A stretch of 64,000 nucleotides of DNA from positions 337 to 64,336 of the forward strand of contig CAZHUS010000036.1 in assembly GCA_964535555.1 (NCBI GenBank). The letters run 5' to 3'. Below, in pieces: positions 10,526 to 21,176 of the stretch. The notes under the pieces are model-generated. The model saw nothing but the letters and a program-made list of their open reading frames with translations. It was not told the origin of the DNA and did not search any database. Positions within the stretch are counted from its first letter, which is position 1; each line of letters begins with the position of its first letter. Origin of the DNA: an uncultured Verrucomicrobiota bacterium (GTDB taxonomy: Bacteria; Verrucomicrobiota; Verrucomicrobiia; Limisphaerales; J093). The position numbers were made by a program, and so were the translations under genes.

Positions 10526-13500
10526 ACTCCTCATCCCCGGGAGCAGGCATATCAACCCGCGTGCCAGGCAGCACGAGTACCCCGTCGCCTGCCGAGCCCG
10601 GCGCATCCCGCCCGGCACCTCCTCCGCAGTTCCGGGCTGATTTTTCTCCAAGCCCGAAGTCGGCGACCAGGGAGGAACCGGGGGAGGCAGGCCTTCCCCA
10701 CACGGCTCCACCTGACCGGAGGGACGGTGCTCTTGCACGACTCACGACTTGGCTCCAGCGGCCGTGCTCCGGATCCGTGCCGCGCATTCTGGCGGTGTCG
10801 GTTTTGATTGGCGTGCTCCCGGGGATCGTGTTGCTGGCTGTTTTGGGTTTGTACCATCGATCCGCAATGCTCGAGCAGGCCCGGCTGGCTGCGCTGCGTC
10901 TGATGGAAGCCAGCAGTCCGTGGACAGAACATTGGCTCCAACACGCCGGCCCGGGCCTGGAAGGACCAGGGAGCACGACGGCAGGCCCTTTCGAACCCGC
11001 GCTGTATCCGGCCGGAACCCACCTGGTCATCGTGGATGAACGCGGGCTGGACTTGTACCGCTACCCACCCCAGGCATCACCCGCCTCCTCGAGGCAGCCC
11101 CTGCCTCCCGAGACCTGGAAGGCCGCGCAGGCGCTTCCCCCCCGGGAGACCTTCACCGCCCTGGGCCTCGCGCGGGAACCGTGCACCTTCGCCCACCGCG
11201 CCATCAGCTCGGCCCGCAGCGAGTCGCAGGCGCTGCGAGTCCTGGTCGGCATCCCTCAGACCGAAATGGGAGCGGTGTTCGCCTCTTGGGTCTTGAGGAA
11301 CGGCACGCTGGCACTCCTCGCCACCGTCGGCGCCATGGGGGCATCGATCCTCCTCGGCAACCGCCAGATCGTCCGCATCCTCGATCGAACCAAGGCCGCC
11401 GCGCTCGACCGCGACCGAGCCGAGCGCGAGGCCGTACAGCAGGCACTCCACCTTCAGGAGGAGAAATACCGGCTCGTCGTCGAGAACGGCGCGGAGGCGA
11501 TCGTCGTCGCGCAACAGGGCCGTCTCGAGTTCGCGAACAACCGGACATCCGAGCTGAGCGGCTACCAGCGCGAGGAACTCCTGTCGTTACCCTTCCTCGA
11601 ACTGGTGCATCCTGAAGACCGGGAGCGAGCCATCGCCAACCATGCCGCGCGGATCTCCGGCGCTCCCGTCCCCGTGCGGGTGACCTATCGGCTGCTCCAC
11701 CGGACGGGCGAGGTTCTTTGGACCGAAGTCGCCGCGGTGCCGATCTCCTGGAACGGGGCCATGGCGGTCCTGATGTTCCTCACCGATGTCACCGCCCGGA
11801 AGGTCGCAGAAGACCGGGCGCGCGCCGCGCAGATGGAAACGTCGCGCCTCCTGGGGCTGGCCGAGCATTCTCGCCAAGCCCTGTTGAGCCTGGCCGAAGA
11901 CCAGCGTGCCGCCGAGACGGCCCTCGAGGCGAAATCACGTCAGGCCGAACAGGAGCGCCGGAATCTGCAGGCTCTCTTCGACGCGTCACCGATCTCGATG
12001 ATGCTCTTCAACAGCCGCGCGCAACTGATCCGGGTCAACCGGGTGGTGGAGCGCATGGCCGGCGTGCCCAATGCCACGGGACTCCTCGGCCGATCCGGCG
12101 GCGCCGGGCTCGCCTGCCTGCACGGTCGGGATGGCCAGGAATGTGGCGCCAGCCCGGGATGCTCCGGATGCCTGTTTCACGGCACCTTGACGCGCGTCCT
12201 GGCCACCGCGGAGCCGGCCGTCGGCGTGGAGCTTCGCAGCACCGTGCTGCGCGACGCCCTGCCCCGCGAGGCCTGGCTGATCTTCTCCTGCGTCCCTGTC
12301 ATCACCGACGGCGACCGCGGCGCGCTCGGCACCGTCGTTGATATCACGGACCGCAAAGCGGCCGAACTGGAACTGGCCCGGCACCGTGACCACCTCGAAG
12401 AACTCGTCCGGCAGCGGACGGCGGAGCTTGACGCCGCGAATCAGGCCAAAAGCGCCTTCCTCGCAAACATGTCCCATGAGATCCGCACCCCGCTGAATGC
12501 CATCCTCGGATACGCTCAACTCCTCGAACGCGATCCGCGCATTCCCGAACCGAGTCGCGGCAAGCTGGGAATCATCAACCGCAGCGGGGAGCACCTGCTC
12601 TCACTGATCAACGCCGTCCTCGAGATGGCGAAAATCGACTCCGGGCGGCTGACGGTCGAGCTGTCATGCTTTGACCTGTCGCGGTTGCTGGCGGACATGG
12701 CCTCCATGTTTGGCTTGCGTGCCGAGTCCCGGGGTCTGGCCTTCCGGGTGGTGGCCCGGGAGGGCACGCGGCAACAGATCCGCGCCGACCAAGCCAAGGT
12801 GCGCCAGGTTCTGGTGAACCTGCTGGGGAACGCCTTCAAGTTCACCACAAGCGGCCATGTCGAGCTGCACGTGGAGATCCGGGGAACAGCCGGGGAGCAA
12901 ATGTGGCTCGCCGCGGAGGTCCGCGACACCGGCCCAGGGATCGCCCTGGAAGAACAGGCCCGGCTCTTCCGGCCGTTTGAACAGACCAGCAGCGGCCGGC
13001 GGCTTCAGGCCGGGACGGGTCTCGGCCTGGCCATCAGCCGGCGGTACGCCCAACTCCTCGGCGGAGACCTCACGGTGGAAAGCCAGCCAGGCCAGGGCAG
13101 CACCTTCCGGTTCACGGTGCCCGTCCAGGTCCTCGAGGCCGACCCCAACGCCCCGGACCCCGAGCCCACCCAGGGAACGCGCCTGGCACCGGGACAACCC
13201 GCCCCGCGGATCCTGCTCGTCGACGACCACCCTGAGAATCGCGGATGGTTGAGTGAACTGCTGGGGCAGGCCGGCTTCGAAGTCCGCGAAGCTGCCGACG
13301 GACAGGAAGCGGTGAACGCCTGGAAGACCTGGGCGCCCCAGCTCGTCTTGATGGACCTTCGCCTGCCGGTCCTGGACGGTTACGAAGCAACGCGCCGCAT
13401 CCGCTCACTTCCGGGGGGAGAACAGGCCTTGATTGTGGCCCTGACCGCCGCGGTCTATGAGCCCGACCGCCAGGCCATCCTCGCCGCCGGAGCCGTGGAA

Positions 13501-13848
13501 GTCCTGACCAAGCCCCTCGAAGCCTCGCGGTTGTTCGAGTGCCTCGAACGACGACTCGGAGTCAGACTCGTCCCCACCACCGAACTCCCGGAAGACGACC
13601 CGCGGCCCGGAGAGGGCACGCCCTCCCCGCTCGATCCCCGAGACCTGTTCACGCTCCCCACGAAACTGCGAACCGACCTCCGCGCCTCGCTGCTCGGGGG
13701 CGACGCCCGCCGGATGAACCGGTTGCTCGATGAGATCACCACGCTGGATGCGGCCTTGGGCGCCCGGTTGAAGCCCTTGATCCAGGACTATGCCTACGAT
13801 CAACTCGCCGAACTCCTGCCCGCACCCCTGCCCCACCATGAGTCCTGA
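10522..13848 (+). CDS. Hybrid sensor histidine kinase (TM/Cache-like, PAS x2, HisKA, HATPase, REC)
   Basis: FLANMSHEIRTPLNAI, NLLGNAFKF, VRDTGPGI, GTGLGLAIS, LLVDDH...MDLRLPVLDG. ATGA overlap with the upstream gene; the true start may be downstream. Confidence 0.93.
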   Translation: MNSSSPGAGISTRVPGSTSTPSPAEPGASRPAPPPQFRADFSPSPKSATREEPGEAGLPHTAPPDRRDGALARLTTWLQRPCSGSVPRILAVSVLIGVLPGIVLLAVLGLYHRSAMLEQARLAALRLMEASSPWTEHWLQHAGPGLEGPGSTTAGPFEPALYPAGTHLVIVDERGLDLYRYPPQASPASSRQPLPPETWKAAQALPPRETFTALGLAREPCTFAHRAISSARSESQALRVLVGIPQTEMGAVFASWVLRNGTLALLATVGAMGASILLGNRQIVRILDRTKAAALDRDRAEREAVQQALHLQEEKYRLVVENGAEAIVVAQQGRLEFANNRTSELSGYQREELLSLPFLELVHPEDRERAIANHAARISGAPVPVRVTYRLLHRTGEVLWTEVAAVPISWNGAMAVLMFLTDVTARKVAEDRARAAQMETSRLLGLAEHSRQALLSLAEDQRAAETALEAKSRQAEQERRNLQALFDASPISMMLFNSRAQLIRVNRVVERMAGVPNATGLLGRSGGAGLACLHGRDGQECGASPGCSGCLFHGTLTRVLATAEPAVGVELRSTVLRDALPREAWLIFSCVPVITDGDRGALGTVVDITDRKAAELELARHRDHLEELVRQRTAELDAANQAKSAFLANMSHEIRTPLNAILGYAQLLERDPRIPEPSRGKLGIINRSGEHLLSLINAVLEMAKIDSGRLTVELSCFDLSRLLADMASMFGLRAESRGLAFRVVAREGTRQQIRADQAKVRQVLVNLLGNAFKFTTSGHVELHVEIRGTAGEQMWLAAEVRDTGPGIALEEQARLFRPFEQTSSGRRLQAGTGLGLAISRRYAQLLGGDLTVESQPGQGSTFRFTVPVQVLEADPNAPDPEPTQGTRLAPGQPAPRILLVDDHPENRGWLSELLGQAGFEVREAADGQEAVNAWKTWAPQLVLMDLRLPVLDGYEATRRIRSLPGGEQALIVALTAAVYEPDRQAILAAGAVEVLTKPLEASRLFECLERRLGVRLVPTTELPEDDPRPGEGTPSPLDPRDLFTLPTKLRTDLRASLLGGDARRMNRLLDEITTLDAALGARLKPLIQDYAYDQLAELLPAPLPHHES

Positions 13849-15007
13849 AAAGCACCACGCGGCCAGTGTGATGATCGTGGACGACATGCCTGACAACCTG
13901 CGGTTGCTCGAGGACGTGTTGCAGGAGCACCACTTTCACGTGCGGTCGTTTCGAGCCGGGAGGCTGGCGCTGAGCGCCGCCACCGAGGATCCACCCGACC
14001 TGTTGCTGCTCGATGTGCACATGCCGGAAATGAACGGCTACGAAGTGTGCACCCGGTTCAAGGCCGACCCGCAGCTCGAGCGGATTCCCATCATTTTCAT
14101 CAGCGCCGCCAGCGAGCCCTGGGACAAGGTGCGGGCCTTTCGTGAAGGCGGCGTGGATTACGTGACCAAGCCGTTTCAAGTCGAAGAAGTGCTGGCGCGC
14201 ATCCGCACTCATCTGCGGCTGGCCCACCTGCAACGCGAACTCGAGACCTTCGCGTGCTCGGTTTCGCACGACCTGCGGGCGCCGCTACGGGGCATCATCG
14301 GCTTTTCCCAGCTCCTCGCCCAGGACCACGGGCACCGCATGGATCTCGAAGGCAAGCGGCTGCTGCAGGTGATCGGGAACCAGGCGCAACGCATGTCTGA
14401 CATGATCGGTGCGCTGCTGGCCTTTTCCCAACTCGACCGGCACCCGATCTTGCGCACGACGATTGCGATGACTTCCCTGGTGGAGGAGATCTGGAAGGAG
14501 CTGCTGGCTCAGCCGGCATCGCGAAAAGCCGTCCTCCAAACCACTGCGCTCCCGCCCGCGCTGGGTGACCCCGCCCTGGTCCGCCAGGTCCTGGTCAACC
14601 TGCTTTCCAATGCCCTGAAGTACTCCGCGAAGCACGCCCATCCCCGGATCGAAGTGGGAAGCGTGAACGAAGACCGCGACACGGTTTACTATGTGAAGGA
14701 CAACGGCGCCGGGTTCGACATGAGGCACGCCGGACGGCTGTTTGGGGTGTTCCAACGGCTCCATTCCAGCGCCGACTTCGAAGGAACGGGCGTCGGGCTC
14801 GCCCTGGTGCGCCGGATCATTCACCGCCATGGCGGCTGGGTCAAAGCGGAAGGCCGACCCGGCGAAGGCGCAACCTTCTGGTTCACGCTGCCGGGAAAGC
14901 CGACCACCGCGGATCCTCCCATCGAGCGCGGCGAGCTGAACGCGCCGGCGCCCCGGCGCTGCGCGGTCGAACTCGCAAGCACGCCCTCAACCCTCACCCG
15001 CGCATGA
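13838..15007 (+). CDS. Receiver-histidine kinase (REC-HisKA-HATPase)
   Basis: MIVDDMPDNL, LLDVHMPEMNG, DYVTKPF, SVSHDLRAPLR, NLLSNALKY, VKDNGAGF, GTGVGLA. Confidence 0.93.
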   Translation: MSPEKHHAASVMIVDDMPDNLRLLEDVLQEHHFHVRSFRAGRLALSAATEDPPDLLLLDVHMPEMNGYEVCTRFKADPQLERIPIIFISAASEPWDKVRAFREGGVDYVTKPFQVEEVLARIRTHLRLAHLQRELETFACSVSHDLRAPLRGIIGFSQLLAQDHGHRMDLEGKRLLQVIGNQAQRMSDMIGALLAFSQLDRHPILRTTIAMTSLVEEIWKELLAQPASRKAVLQTTALPPALGDPALVRQVLVNLLSNALKYSAKHAHPRIEVGSVNEDRDTVYYVKDNGAGFDMRHAGRLFGVFQRLHSSADFEGTGVGLALVRRIIHRHGGWVKAEGRPGEGATFWFTLPGKPTTADPPIERGELNAPAPRRCAVELASTPSTLTRA

Positions 15008-16191
15008 CGGCCGAACCTGGAAGCGCCCCCAGCGTGATGCTCGTGGATGACACGGCCGACAACCTGCGGCTCCTGGATGAGGTGCTGACCGACCGCGGGT
15101 ACGCCGTACGCTGCTTTCCGCGCGGCCCGTTGGCGATCGCCGCCGCCAGGGAGCAACCGCCCGATTTGTTCCTGCTCGATGTGAACATGCCCGGCATGAG
15201 CGGGTACCAGGTGTGCGCCCGCCTCAAACAAGACCCCGCGCTCGCGTCGATCCCCGTGATCTTCCTCAGTGCCCTTGATGAGACCCGGTGCAAGGTCGAG
15301 GGGTTCCGCTGCGGCGGGGCCGACTACATCACCAAGCCGTTTGAGATCGAGGAAGTCCTCGCCCGGGTGCAGACCCAGCTTGAACTGCGCCGCCTCCACC
15401 GGCAACTCGAGCAGCAGAACGCCCAATTGGACGCCCTGGTCCAGATGCGCACCCGCCAGCTCGCCGAGTCCCAGGCCCGCCTCGCGTTGCTCGAGCGGGC
15501 CAAGAGCGATTTTCTTCAGCTCATCTCGCACGAGTTGAGGACGCCCCTCAGCGGACTCGTTGGCATTGGCGAACTGCTGCTCGCCGCAGGCCCGCTCAAC
15601 TCCGAGAAGCTCGCCTATCGCCCGCTCTTCGATGAATCGCGCGACCGGCTTCTGCGGCTCATGGATGATGCGCTGCTGCTGGCCCAACTCGAGACCGACC
15701 CCGCCCGGTTTGCTGCCAGGACCTGCTCGCTCGAGCAGGTCCTGGTGCGGGCGGTGGATCAGGTATCGGAGTTCGCCCGCCGCCGGGCGGTGGTGCTCGA
15801 CACACCCGGTCGCGTACCCGGGGCCATCTGGGGCGACCTCGATCTGTATGTGAAAGCCGTCCACGGGCTGCTCGAGACCGCGATCAAATTCGCCGCGGAC
15901 CGGACGCCCCTGCGTCTTGAAGTCAGCGGCACGCCGGCCACGCACCTGCTGCGCATCACCAGCCAAGGACGTACCGTTCCCGCGGAAGCCCTCCCCCGGG
16001 TTTTCGAGGTCCTGGCCGTATCCGAACCCTTGTTTCCAGGAGCAGAGCTTGGGCTCGCCGCTCCGCTCGCCCGGCGGATCCTCGTTCTGTTTGGGGGCGA
16101 GGTGACGTTGGAAAACGTCGCGGGTGCCGGGCTTCGTTTCGAGGCGAAGTTCGTTACCCAGGATCCCGCCGTGGGAGGGAAGCACCCGTGA
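15004..16191 (+). CDS. Receiver-HisKA protein with degenerate HATPase domain
   Basis: MLVDDTADNL, LLDVNMPGMSG, DYITKPF and ISHELRTPL are intact; the N/G1/G2 boxes are altered (LLETAIKF, ITSQGRTVP, GAELGLA). Confidence 0.88.
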   Translation: MTAEPGSAPSVMLVDDTADNLRLLDEVLTDRGYAVRCFPRGPLAIAAAREQPPDLFLLDVNMPGMSGYQVCARLKQDPALASIPVIFLSALDETRCKVEGFRCGGADYITKPFEIEEVLARVQTQLELRRLHRQLEQQNAQLDALVQMRTRQLAESQARLALLERAKSDFLQLISHELRTPLSGLVGIGELLLAAGPLNSEKLAYRPLFDESRDRLLRLMDDALLLAQLETDPARFAARTCSLEQVLVRAVDQVSEFARRRAVVLDTPGRVPGAIWGDLDLYVKAVHGLLETAIKFAADRTPLRLEVSGTPATHLLRITSQGRTVPAEALPRVFEVLAVSEPLFPGAELGLAAPLARRILVLFGGEVTLENVAGAGLRFEAKFVTQDPAVGGKHP

Positions 16192-16216
16192 GCCCCCACA
16201 AAACGCCTCCGCCTGG

Positions 16217-16957
16217 TCACCGTTGGGCTTCCCCGGTCATGGGCACGAAACGCACCGGCAGCACCGCCCGTCGTTCCACCTGGCCTCCACGCTTGTCCAG
16301 CAGGTAAAGCTCCTGGTCCCCGGCCGGCCCAACGGGAATGATCAGCCGCCCGCCTTCCTTGAGTTGGTCCACCAGGGGCTGCGGAATGTGATCGGGAGCA
16401 CATGTCACCAGGATCGCGTCAAAGGGAGCCGCCTCACGCCAGCCTTGGTAGCCGTCGCCTGACCTCACTTTGACGTTCGCGTACCCGAGCCGGAGCAAAT
16501 CCCGCTCGGCACGCCGGGCGAGTTCGTCCACAATCTCAATGGTGTGAACCTCCGCCGCCAGTTCGGCGAGCACCGCCGCCTGGTATCCTGAACCGGTCCC
16601 GACCTCGAGCACCTTCTCCTCGGGCTGCGGGTCGATCGCCGCACTCATGAACGCGACGATGAATGGCTGCGAGATTGTCTGGCCGTGCCCGATCGGCAAG
16701 GGGTGATCGGCGTAAGCTTCGCGACGCAGGTTCTCCGGGGTGAACTCGTGGCGCGGCACTTTGCCCATCGCCGCCAACACCCGGGCATTCGTGATGTCCC
16801 GGCCCGGGGCTTTCAATTGCTGCTCCACCATTTGGCGGCGGAGGAGGGTCCACCGGTCCTCGTCGTCGCCAGACGTTCGGCTGTCAGATCCCACACCGTT
16901 ATGGCATCCCATCATCGCCAGCCACATCAACATCAACCAAGGGAGGCGCCGGCTCAT
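16217..16957 (-). CDS. pcm: Protein-L-isoaspartate O-methyltransferase
   Basis: GQTISQPFIV, VLEVGTGSGYQAAVLA, GDGYQGW, APFDAILVT, LKEGGRLIIPVG, VRFVPM. Confidence 0.95.
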   Translation of the reverse strand: MSRRLPWLMLMWLAMMGCHNGVGSDSRTSGDDEDRWTLLRRQMVEQQLKAPGRDITNARVLAAMGKVPRHEFTPENLRREAYADHPLPIGHGQTISQPFIVAFMSAAIDPQPEEKVLEVGTGSGYQAAVLAELAAEVHTIEIVDELARRAERDLLRLGYANVKVRSGDGYQGWREAAPFDAILVTCAPDHIPQPLVDQLKEGGRLIIPVGPAGDQELYLLDKRGGQVERRAVLPVRFVPMTGEAQR

Positions 16958-16999
16958 GTCCCGAACCTAGTCCCGCGCGCCTTCCCGGCAAGCGTGGAC

Positions 17000-19180
17000 T
17001 CATTCGAGCAGCCAACGCACCGCCGCGTCGGCACGGGAGCCGGGTGCCTCGGGAAGCGCGGTCAACTGGCGGGGCGTTGAACCCGCGGCAGCCGCCCAAG
17101 CCAGGAGTCCATTTGAGGCCAACGATTCTCCCGCCACCGCCAGCTTCGGAGGCATCGCGACGGCGAGCATTCCGGGCAAATCCGCGTACTTGGCACCCCC
17201 CGGCAGGAAGTCCGGGTCTTGAAGGTCCGTGATGGAAGCGAAGCGGAAGCCTCCGGTGTCGATCGCCGCAGCCGCCAGCGCCCCGGGTGCCACGGACAAT
17301 GCGGCGGCGGCCCAGGAGCCGGCGCCATCGAGGCCCACCAGCATCATCCTCCGGGGCTTGGCGTCCCGAATGAACGCGAGCCCCGTCAGCACGTCGTGCA
17401 CCCGTTGGGCGAACAGGCTGTGATTGTAGCCGAAGGTGTAGGCTGCCGCCTCGCGCGGGTTCTTCACCCGACGCGTCTGGCTCACCGGTTGGCCGTCAAC
17501 CAGGAACTCGCCCTGCATGAACAGGTCCAGGCCCACAACGGTCTTGCCGCCCGCGAGCAAGGCGCGAATCGGCCCGGTGGGAACGCCCTGGTCATCGAGC
17601 AGCCCCGCCTTGCCGCGCGCGTGCAACCAGAGGACCGTGTCGCCGTCAGGCTGGAGCGGATCGAGAACGAGGACCGGGACTTCTTCACGATGGGCGCTGT
17701 TGCGCAACACGCCCCATCGCTCGCGCCAGCTTTCGCGACGGGTGTCCTTGCTGACGAATAACACCACCGGCCCCGCCTCCGCCAACGTCCGGCCCAGAAC
17801 GATCTCCAGGCCCTGAGCAACCAGGGTCCGGGCCGCGGCCGGGTTGGATTCGGCCGCTTGGTGGAGCTGGCGCTGGCTGTCTTCATGCCAGCCCCGCAGC
17901 AGGGCGCGCTCAAACTCCGGACCCGCCGGGGGGCGCGGGTGGTTGTCGTCCCAGACGGCCAGTTGCTCGCGGGTGAGTCGCGGGTAATCGCGCTCAATGA
18001 CCGGTTCCTGGGCGCCCAACTTGAAGTGGCGGTTCAGCCACCCGTAGAAGGCGGAACGGGAGACCGCGTTGTAATTGTGCGGGAAGTGCTCGCCGCGCTG
18101 GAGCATGACGTTATCCGGGGCTCCCATCAGCGTGTAGAGCTGTTTCAGCTGGGGAAACCCCTTCGCGGCCATCTCCCGGGTCCAGTCGTTCGCGGTGGTC
18201 ATCCCCTGCGGCTTCGGCGCAAACAAGGCGGCGAACTCCACGTTGCCTGTCTCCACCCGGAGCAAGCACGCGTTCTCGCACGTGCAGCCGCCCTGCATGG
18301 CGGTGCTCACCATGACTGCCGGGAAGGCAAGCGTCAGCCGTGGGTCAATCGCCGCGAGGAGCATCGTTTGGGTGCCTCCGCCGCTGGCACCTGTCATCGC
18401 CACCCGGTCCGGATCCACCTCCGGCAGGCTGAGGAGGAAATCCAGCGAGCGGATCGAGTTCCACGTCTGCAGACCCATGACACTTTGGAGATGGGCTTCC
18501 GCCTGGGGGCTGAAAAGGCCCCAGTTCCCGGCCGCATTCATCTCGGGACGTTGCTTTGCAAAGCCGTGGACGAGTTGCGCCGGAAGCTGCTGGGAATCCG
18601 AGTTCCCCAGCATGTCCCACTGCCAGACGACGCAACCCATCCGCGCCAGTTGAACACACATCGATTGGAAGCGACTGCGACCGCCCTCGGTGAACCGTTC
18701 CTCGCCCGTGGCGATTTCGCGCAGCAACTCCGCCTCGCCGCTCTCCGACAAACGCGCGTCCTGCCAGTGTCCATGCGCGAAAAGCACGCCCGGGACCTTG
18801 CCTTGCACGTTCCGCGGCCGGTAGAGATTCCCGGTGACGAAGAACCCGGGCGCACTCTCGAAGTAGACCTTCTCGACGGTGTATTCGTCGCGTTCGGTGC
18901 GTCCGTGGATCACCGTGTTCAGCGGCGTCCGCGTGGGCATCGGCCAGAGCCCTTGGGAGACGAGAATGCGGCGTCGGACGAGTTCGGCTCGCGTTGCCCA
19001 GGCCTCCTTCGAAGCGGGAGGCTGGAACGGGAAATAGCCATCCAGGTCCTTCAGCGGCTGCAGACGAACGTCATTGGGAAGGTGCCCGGGAGGCAGGGCG
19101 CGGGGGGCATCGGCGGCGAGAAGTCCTGCTGTGACCAGCGCGAAACAAGCACCACCGGCGAGTCGGGTGAGGTTGGACAT
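17000..19180 (-). CDS. Secreted alpha/beta-hydrolase (acetylxylan esterase-like, two domains)
   Basis: Signal peptide; GVLFAHGH; nucleophile motif GASGGGTQT; GGCTCEN; second alpha/beta domain 'DVLTGLAFI'. Confidence 0.75.
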   Translation of the reverse strand: MSNLTRLAGGACFALVTAGLLAADAPRALPPGHLPNDVRLQPLKDLDGYFPFQPPASKEAWATRAELVRRRILVSQGLWPMPTRTPLNTVIHGRTERDEYTVEKVYFESAPGFFVTGNLYRPRNVQGKVPGVLFAHGHWQDARLSESGEAELLREIATGEERFTEGGRSRFQSMCVQLARMGCVVWQWDMLGNSDSQQLPAQLVHGFAKQRPEMNAAGNWGLFSPQAEAHLQSVMGLQTWNSIRSLDFLLSLPEVDPDRVAMTGASGGGTQTMLLAAIDPRLTLAFPAVMVSTAMQGGCTCENACLLRVETGNVEFAALFAPKPQGMTTANDWTREMAAKGFPQLKQLYTLMGAPDNVMLQRGEHFPHNYNAVSRSAFYGWLNRHFKLGAQEPVIERDYPRLTREQLAVWDDNHPRPPAGPEFERALLRGWHEDSQRQLHQAAESNPAAARTLVAQGLEIVLGRTLAEAGPVVLFVSKDTRRESWRERWGVLRNSAHREEVPVLVLDPLQPDGDTVLWLHARGKAGLLDDQGVPTGPIRALLAGGKTVVGLDLFMQGEFLVDGQPVSQTRRVKNPREAAAYTFGYNHSLFAQRVHDVLTGLAFIRDAKPRRMMLVGLDGAGSWAAAALSVAPGALAAAAIDTGGFRFASITDLQDPDFLPGGAKYADLPGMLAVAMPPKLAVAGESLASNGLLAWAAAAGSTPRQLTALPEAPGSRADAAVRWLLE

Positions 19181-19269
19181 GCCGGCAGCCTACGCTGCCA
19201 CCGCGATCGCGCCAAGCATGCGGTGGGCTTGGGTTCCCACGCATGGCCGCGCGGAACCGCGGACACCGG

Positions 19270-20529
19270 CTACCGATCCACTTCGCCCATCACGATGTCC
19301 ACCGCCCCGAGGATCACCACCGCGTCCGCCAACGTGTGACCCAGGCACATGTCCTCGAGAATCGTGAGATTCACAAAGCTCGGGGCCCGGACGCGGTACC
19401 GGTAGGGGTTGGCGGTGCCGTCGCTGATCAGGTAAAAACCGAGCTCCCCCTTCGGGCTCTCGATGCGTCCGTACGCCTCCCCCGCCCGCGGCTTGAAGCC
19501 GCGCAGCTTGGCTTTGGGATCGATCACGGGACCGCCCGGCAGGTCGCGAAGCGCCTGCTCGAGGATCCGGTGCGACTCCCGCAACTCGAGCATCCGGATC
19601 ATGTAACGGTCGTAGGTGTCGCCATGATCCCCCAGTGGGACGCGGAAGCTGAAACGATTGTAGATCCCGTAACCGTCGACCTTGCGGATGTCGTAGTTCA
19701 CCCCCGAGGCCCGCAGCATCGGGCCCGTGATCCCGGCGCTGACCGCGAGCGCGGGTTTCAAGACTCCGACACCTTGCGTGCGGGCCAGCAGGATTTCATT
19801 CGAGCGCAGCAGTCGTTCGAACTCATCCAGGAAAGGCGGCAGTCCGGTGACAAACCTCCCCACCGCGTCCAGCCAGCCCGGCGGCAGATCGCAGCGGCAG
19901 CCGCCGAACCGGAAATAGTTGCACATCATCCGGGCCCCGGTCAGCGCCTCGAACAGATCCAGGATCTTCTCGCGCTCCCGGAACGCGTACATGAGCGGCG
20001 TCCCCATCGCTCCCATGTCATGAACCAGGAAGCCGGTGAGGCACATGTGGTTCAGCACCCGGGTCAACTCGGCCGCGATGACGCGGATGTACTCGGCCCG
20101 TTCCGGGACGGCCAGCCCGGCGAGCCTCTCCACGGTGAGCACGTAAGCCCAGTTGTTGGTGAGCGAACAAAAATAATCCAGCCGGTCGGTGTAGGGAATC
20201 GACCCCAGGTAGCTCGTGCCTTCGCCAATCTTCTCGTGATTCCGGTGCAGGTAGCCAAAAACGGGCTTGAGCTGAACGACCTTCTCGCCGTCCAGCACCA
20301 CGTCCATGCGGAACACCCCGTGAGTGGAAGGATGATGCGGCCCGATCGAGACCTCCAGGAGATCACCCTCCAGCAGCCCGGCCGGTCGCGGCTTGGGTCG
20401 AACCTCGTACCGGGGCGTTTCGACCGGGGGAAGGCCCCCACCGGCCGGAACCGGTTCCGGCACGAGATCGCCTGTCGAGAGGCCGGAGATGAGGTCTTCA
20501 GAGGCAACGCCGGGGGTCGACTCGTTCAT
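19270..20529 (-). CDS. nuoD: NADH-quinone oxidoreductase subunit D
   Basis: [51 protein letters not shown]. Start MNEST at 20529. Confidence 0.95.
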   Translation of the reverse strand: MNESTPGVASEDLISGLSTGDLVPEPVPAGGGLPPVETPRYEVRPKPRPAGLLEGDLLEVSIGPHHPSTHGVFRMDVVLDGEKVVQLKPVFGYLHRNHEKIGEGTSYLGSIPYTDRLDYFCSLTNNWAYVLTVERLAGLAVPERAEYIRVIAAELTRVLNHMCLTGFLVHDMGAMGTPLMYAFREREKILDLFEALTGARMMCNYFRFGGCRCDLPPGWLDAVGRFVTGLPPFLDEFERLLRSNEILLARTQGVGVLKPALAVSAGITGPMLRASGVNYDIRKVDGYGIYNRFSFRVPLGDHGDTYDRYMIRMLELRESHRILEQALRDLPGGPVIDPKAKLRGFKPRAGEAYGRIESPKGELGFYLISDGTANPYRYRVRAPSFVNLTILEDMCLGHTLADAVVILGAVDIVMGEVDR

Positions 20530-21176
20530 GCCGCGCCCTCCACCGGGTAATGCCGCCTGGCCTTGTCCAGGACGTCCTCGTGAGGCGTCGGCTCGTACTC
20601 GTAATCGTCGGGCTCGACGTAGTCCTTCCGCATCGGAAAGTCGCGGAACTCCTCCCACATCAGGATCCGCCGGAGATCGGGATGTCCCTTGAAGGCCACG
20701 CCGAAAAGGTCGAAGACCTCACGTTCCTGGAACTCGGCGCTACGCCAGACCGGCGTGAGCGAGGCCACCCAGGCGTCGTCCGCGCGATTGCCCGTCCGCT
20801 GTCGCAAGACCAACGGTCCGTGCCGGAGCGCCATCGAGTAGAGATGATAGACGACTTCAAGCCGGGCCGGCCGCCGCCGCTCGACGGCTTCCTCGACTTC
20901 TTTCTCGACTCCGTCCACCAACTTGCGAACGCGGACCTTCTCTTTGACCACCGCCTCAAGCCAGTCGACCCCGGTCACGTTCGAACAATAGTCGAGTTGC
21001 AGGCCGGGGTCTTCCCGGAGAAAACGCGCCACCGCCACGGCATCCCGCCGGTCAACCGTGAGCGAGGGCTGGGAAGCCACGCCCGGGTTGGGTTGGATCT
21101 CCAGCCTCACCCCGCTCAGGGTGCCTTCGACGCGAGCCTTGATTTGTTCCAACGTCTCCACAGCCTCAGCCCGCAT
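20526..21176 (-). CDS. nuoC: NADH-quinone oxidoreductase subunit C
   Basis: [35 protein letters not shown]. Confidence 0.93.
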   Translation of the reverse strand: MRAEAVETLEQIKARVEGTLSGVRLEIQPNPGVASQPSLTVDRRDAVAVARFLREDPGLQLDYCSNVTGVDWLEAVVKEKVRVRKLVDGVEKEVEEAVERRRPARLEVVYHLYSMALRHGPLVLRQRTGNRADDAWVASLTPVWRSAEFQEREVFDLFGVAFKGHPDLRRILMWEEFRDFPMRKDYVEPDDYEYEPTPHEDVLDKARRHYPVEGAA

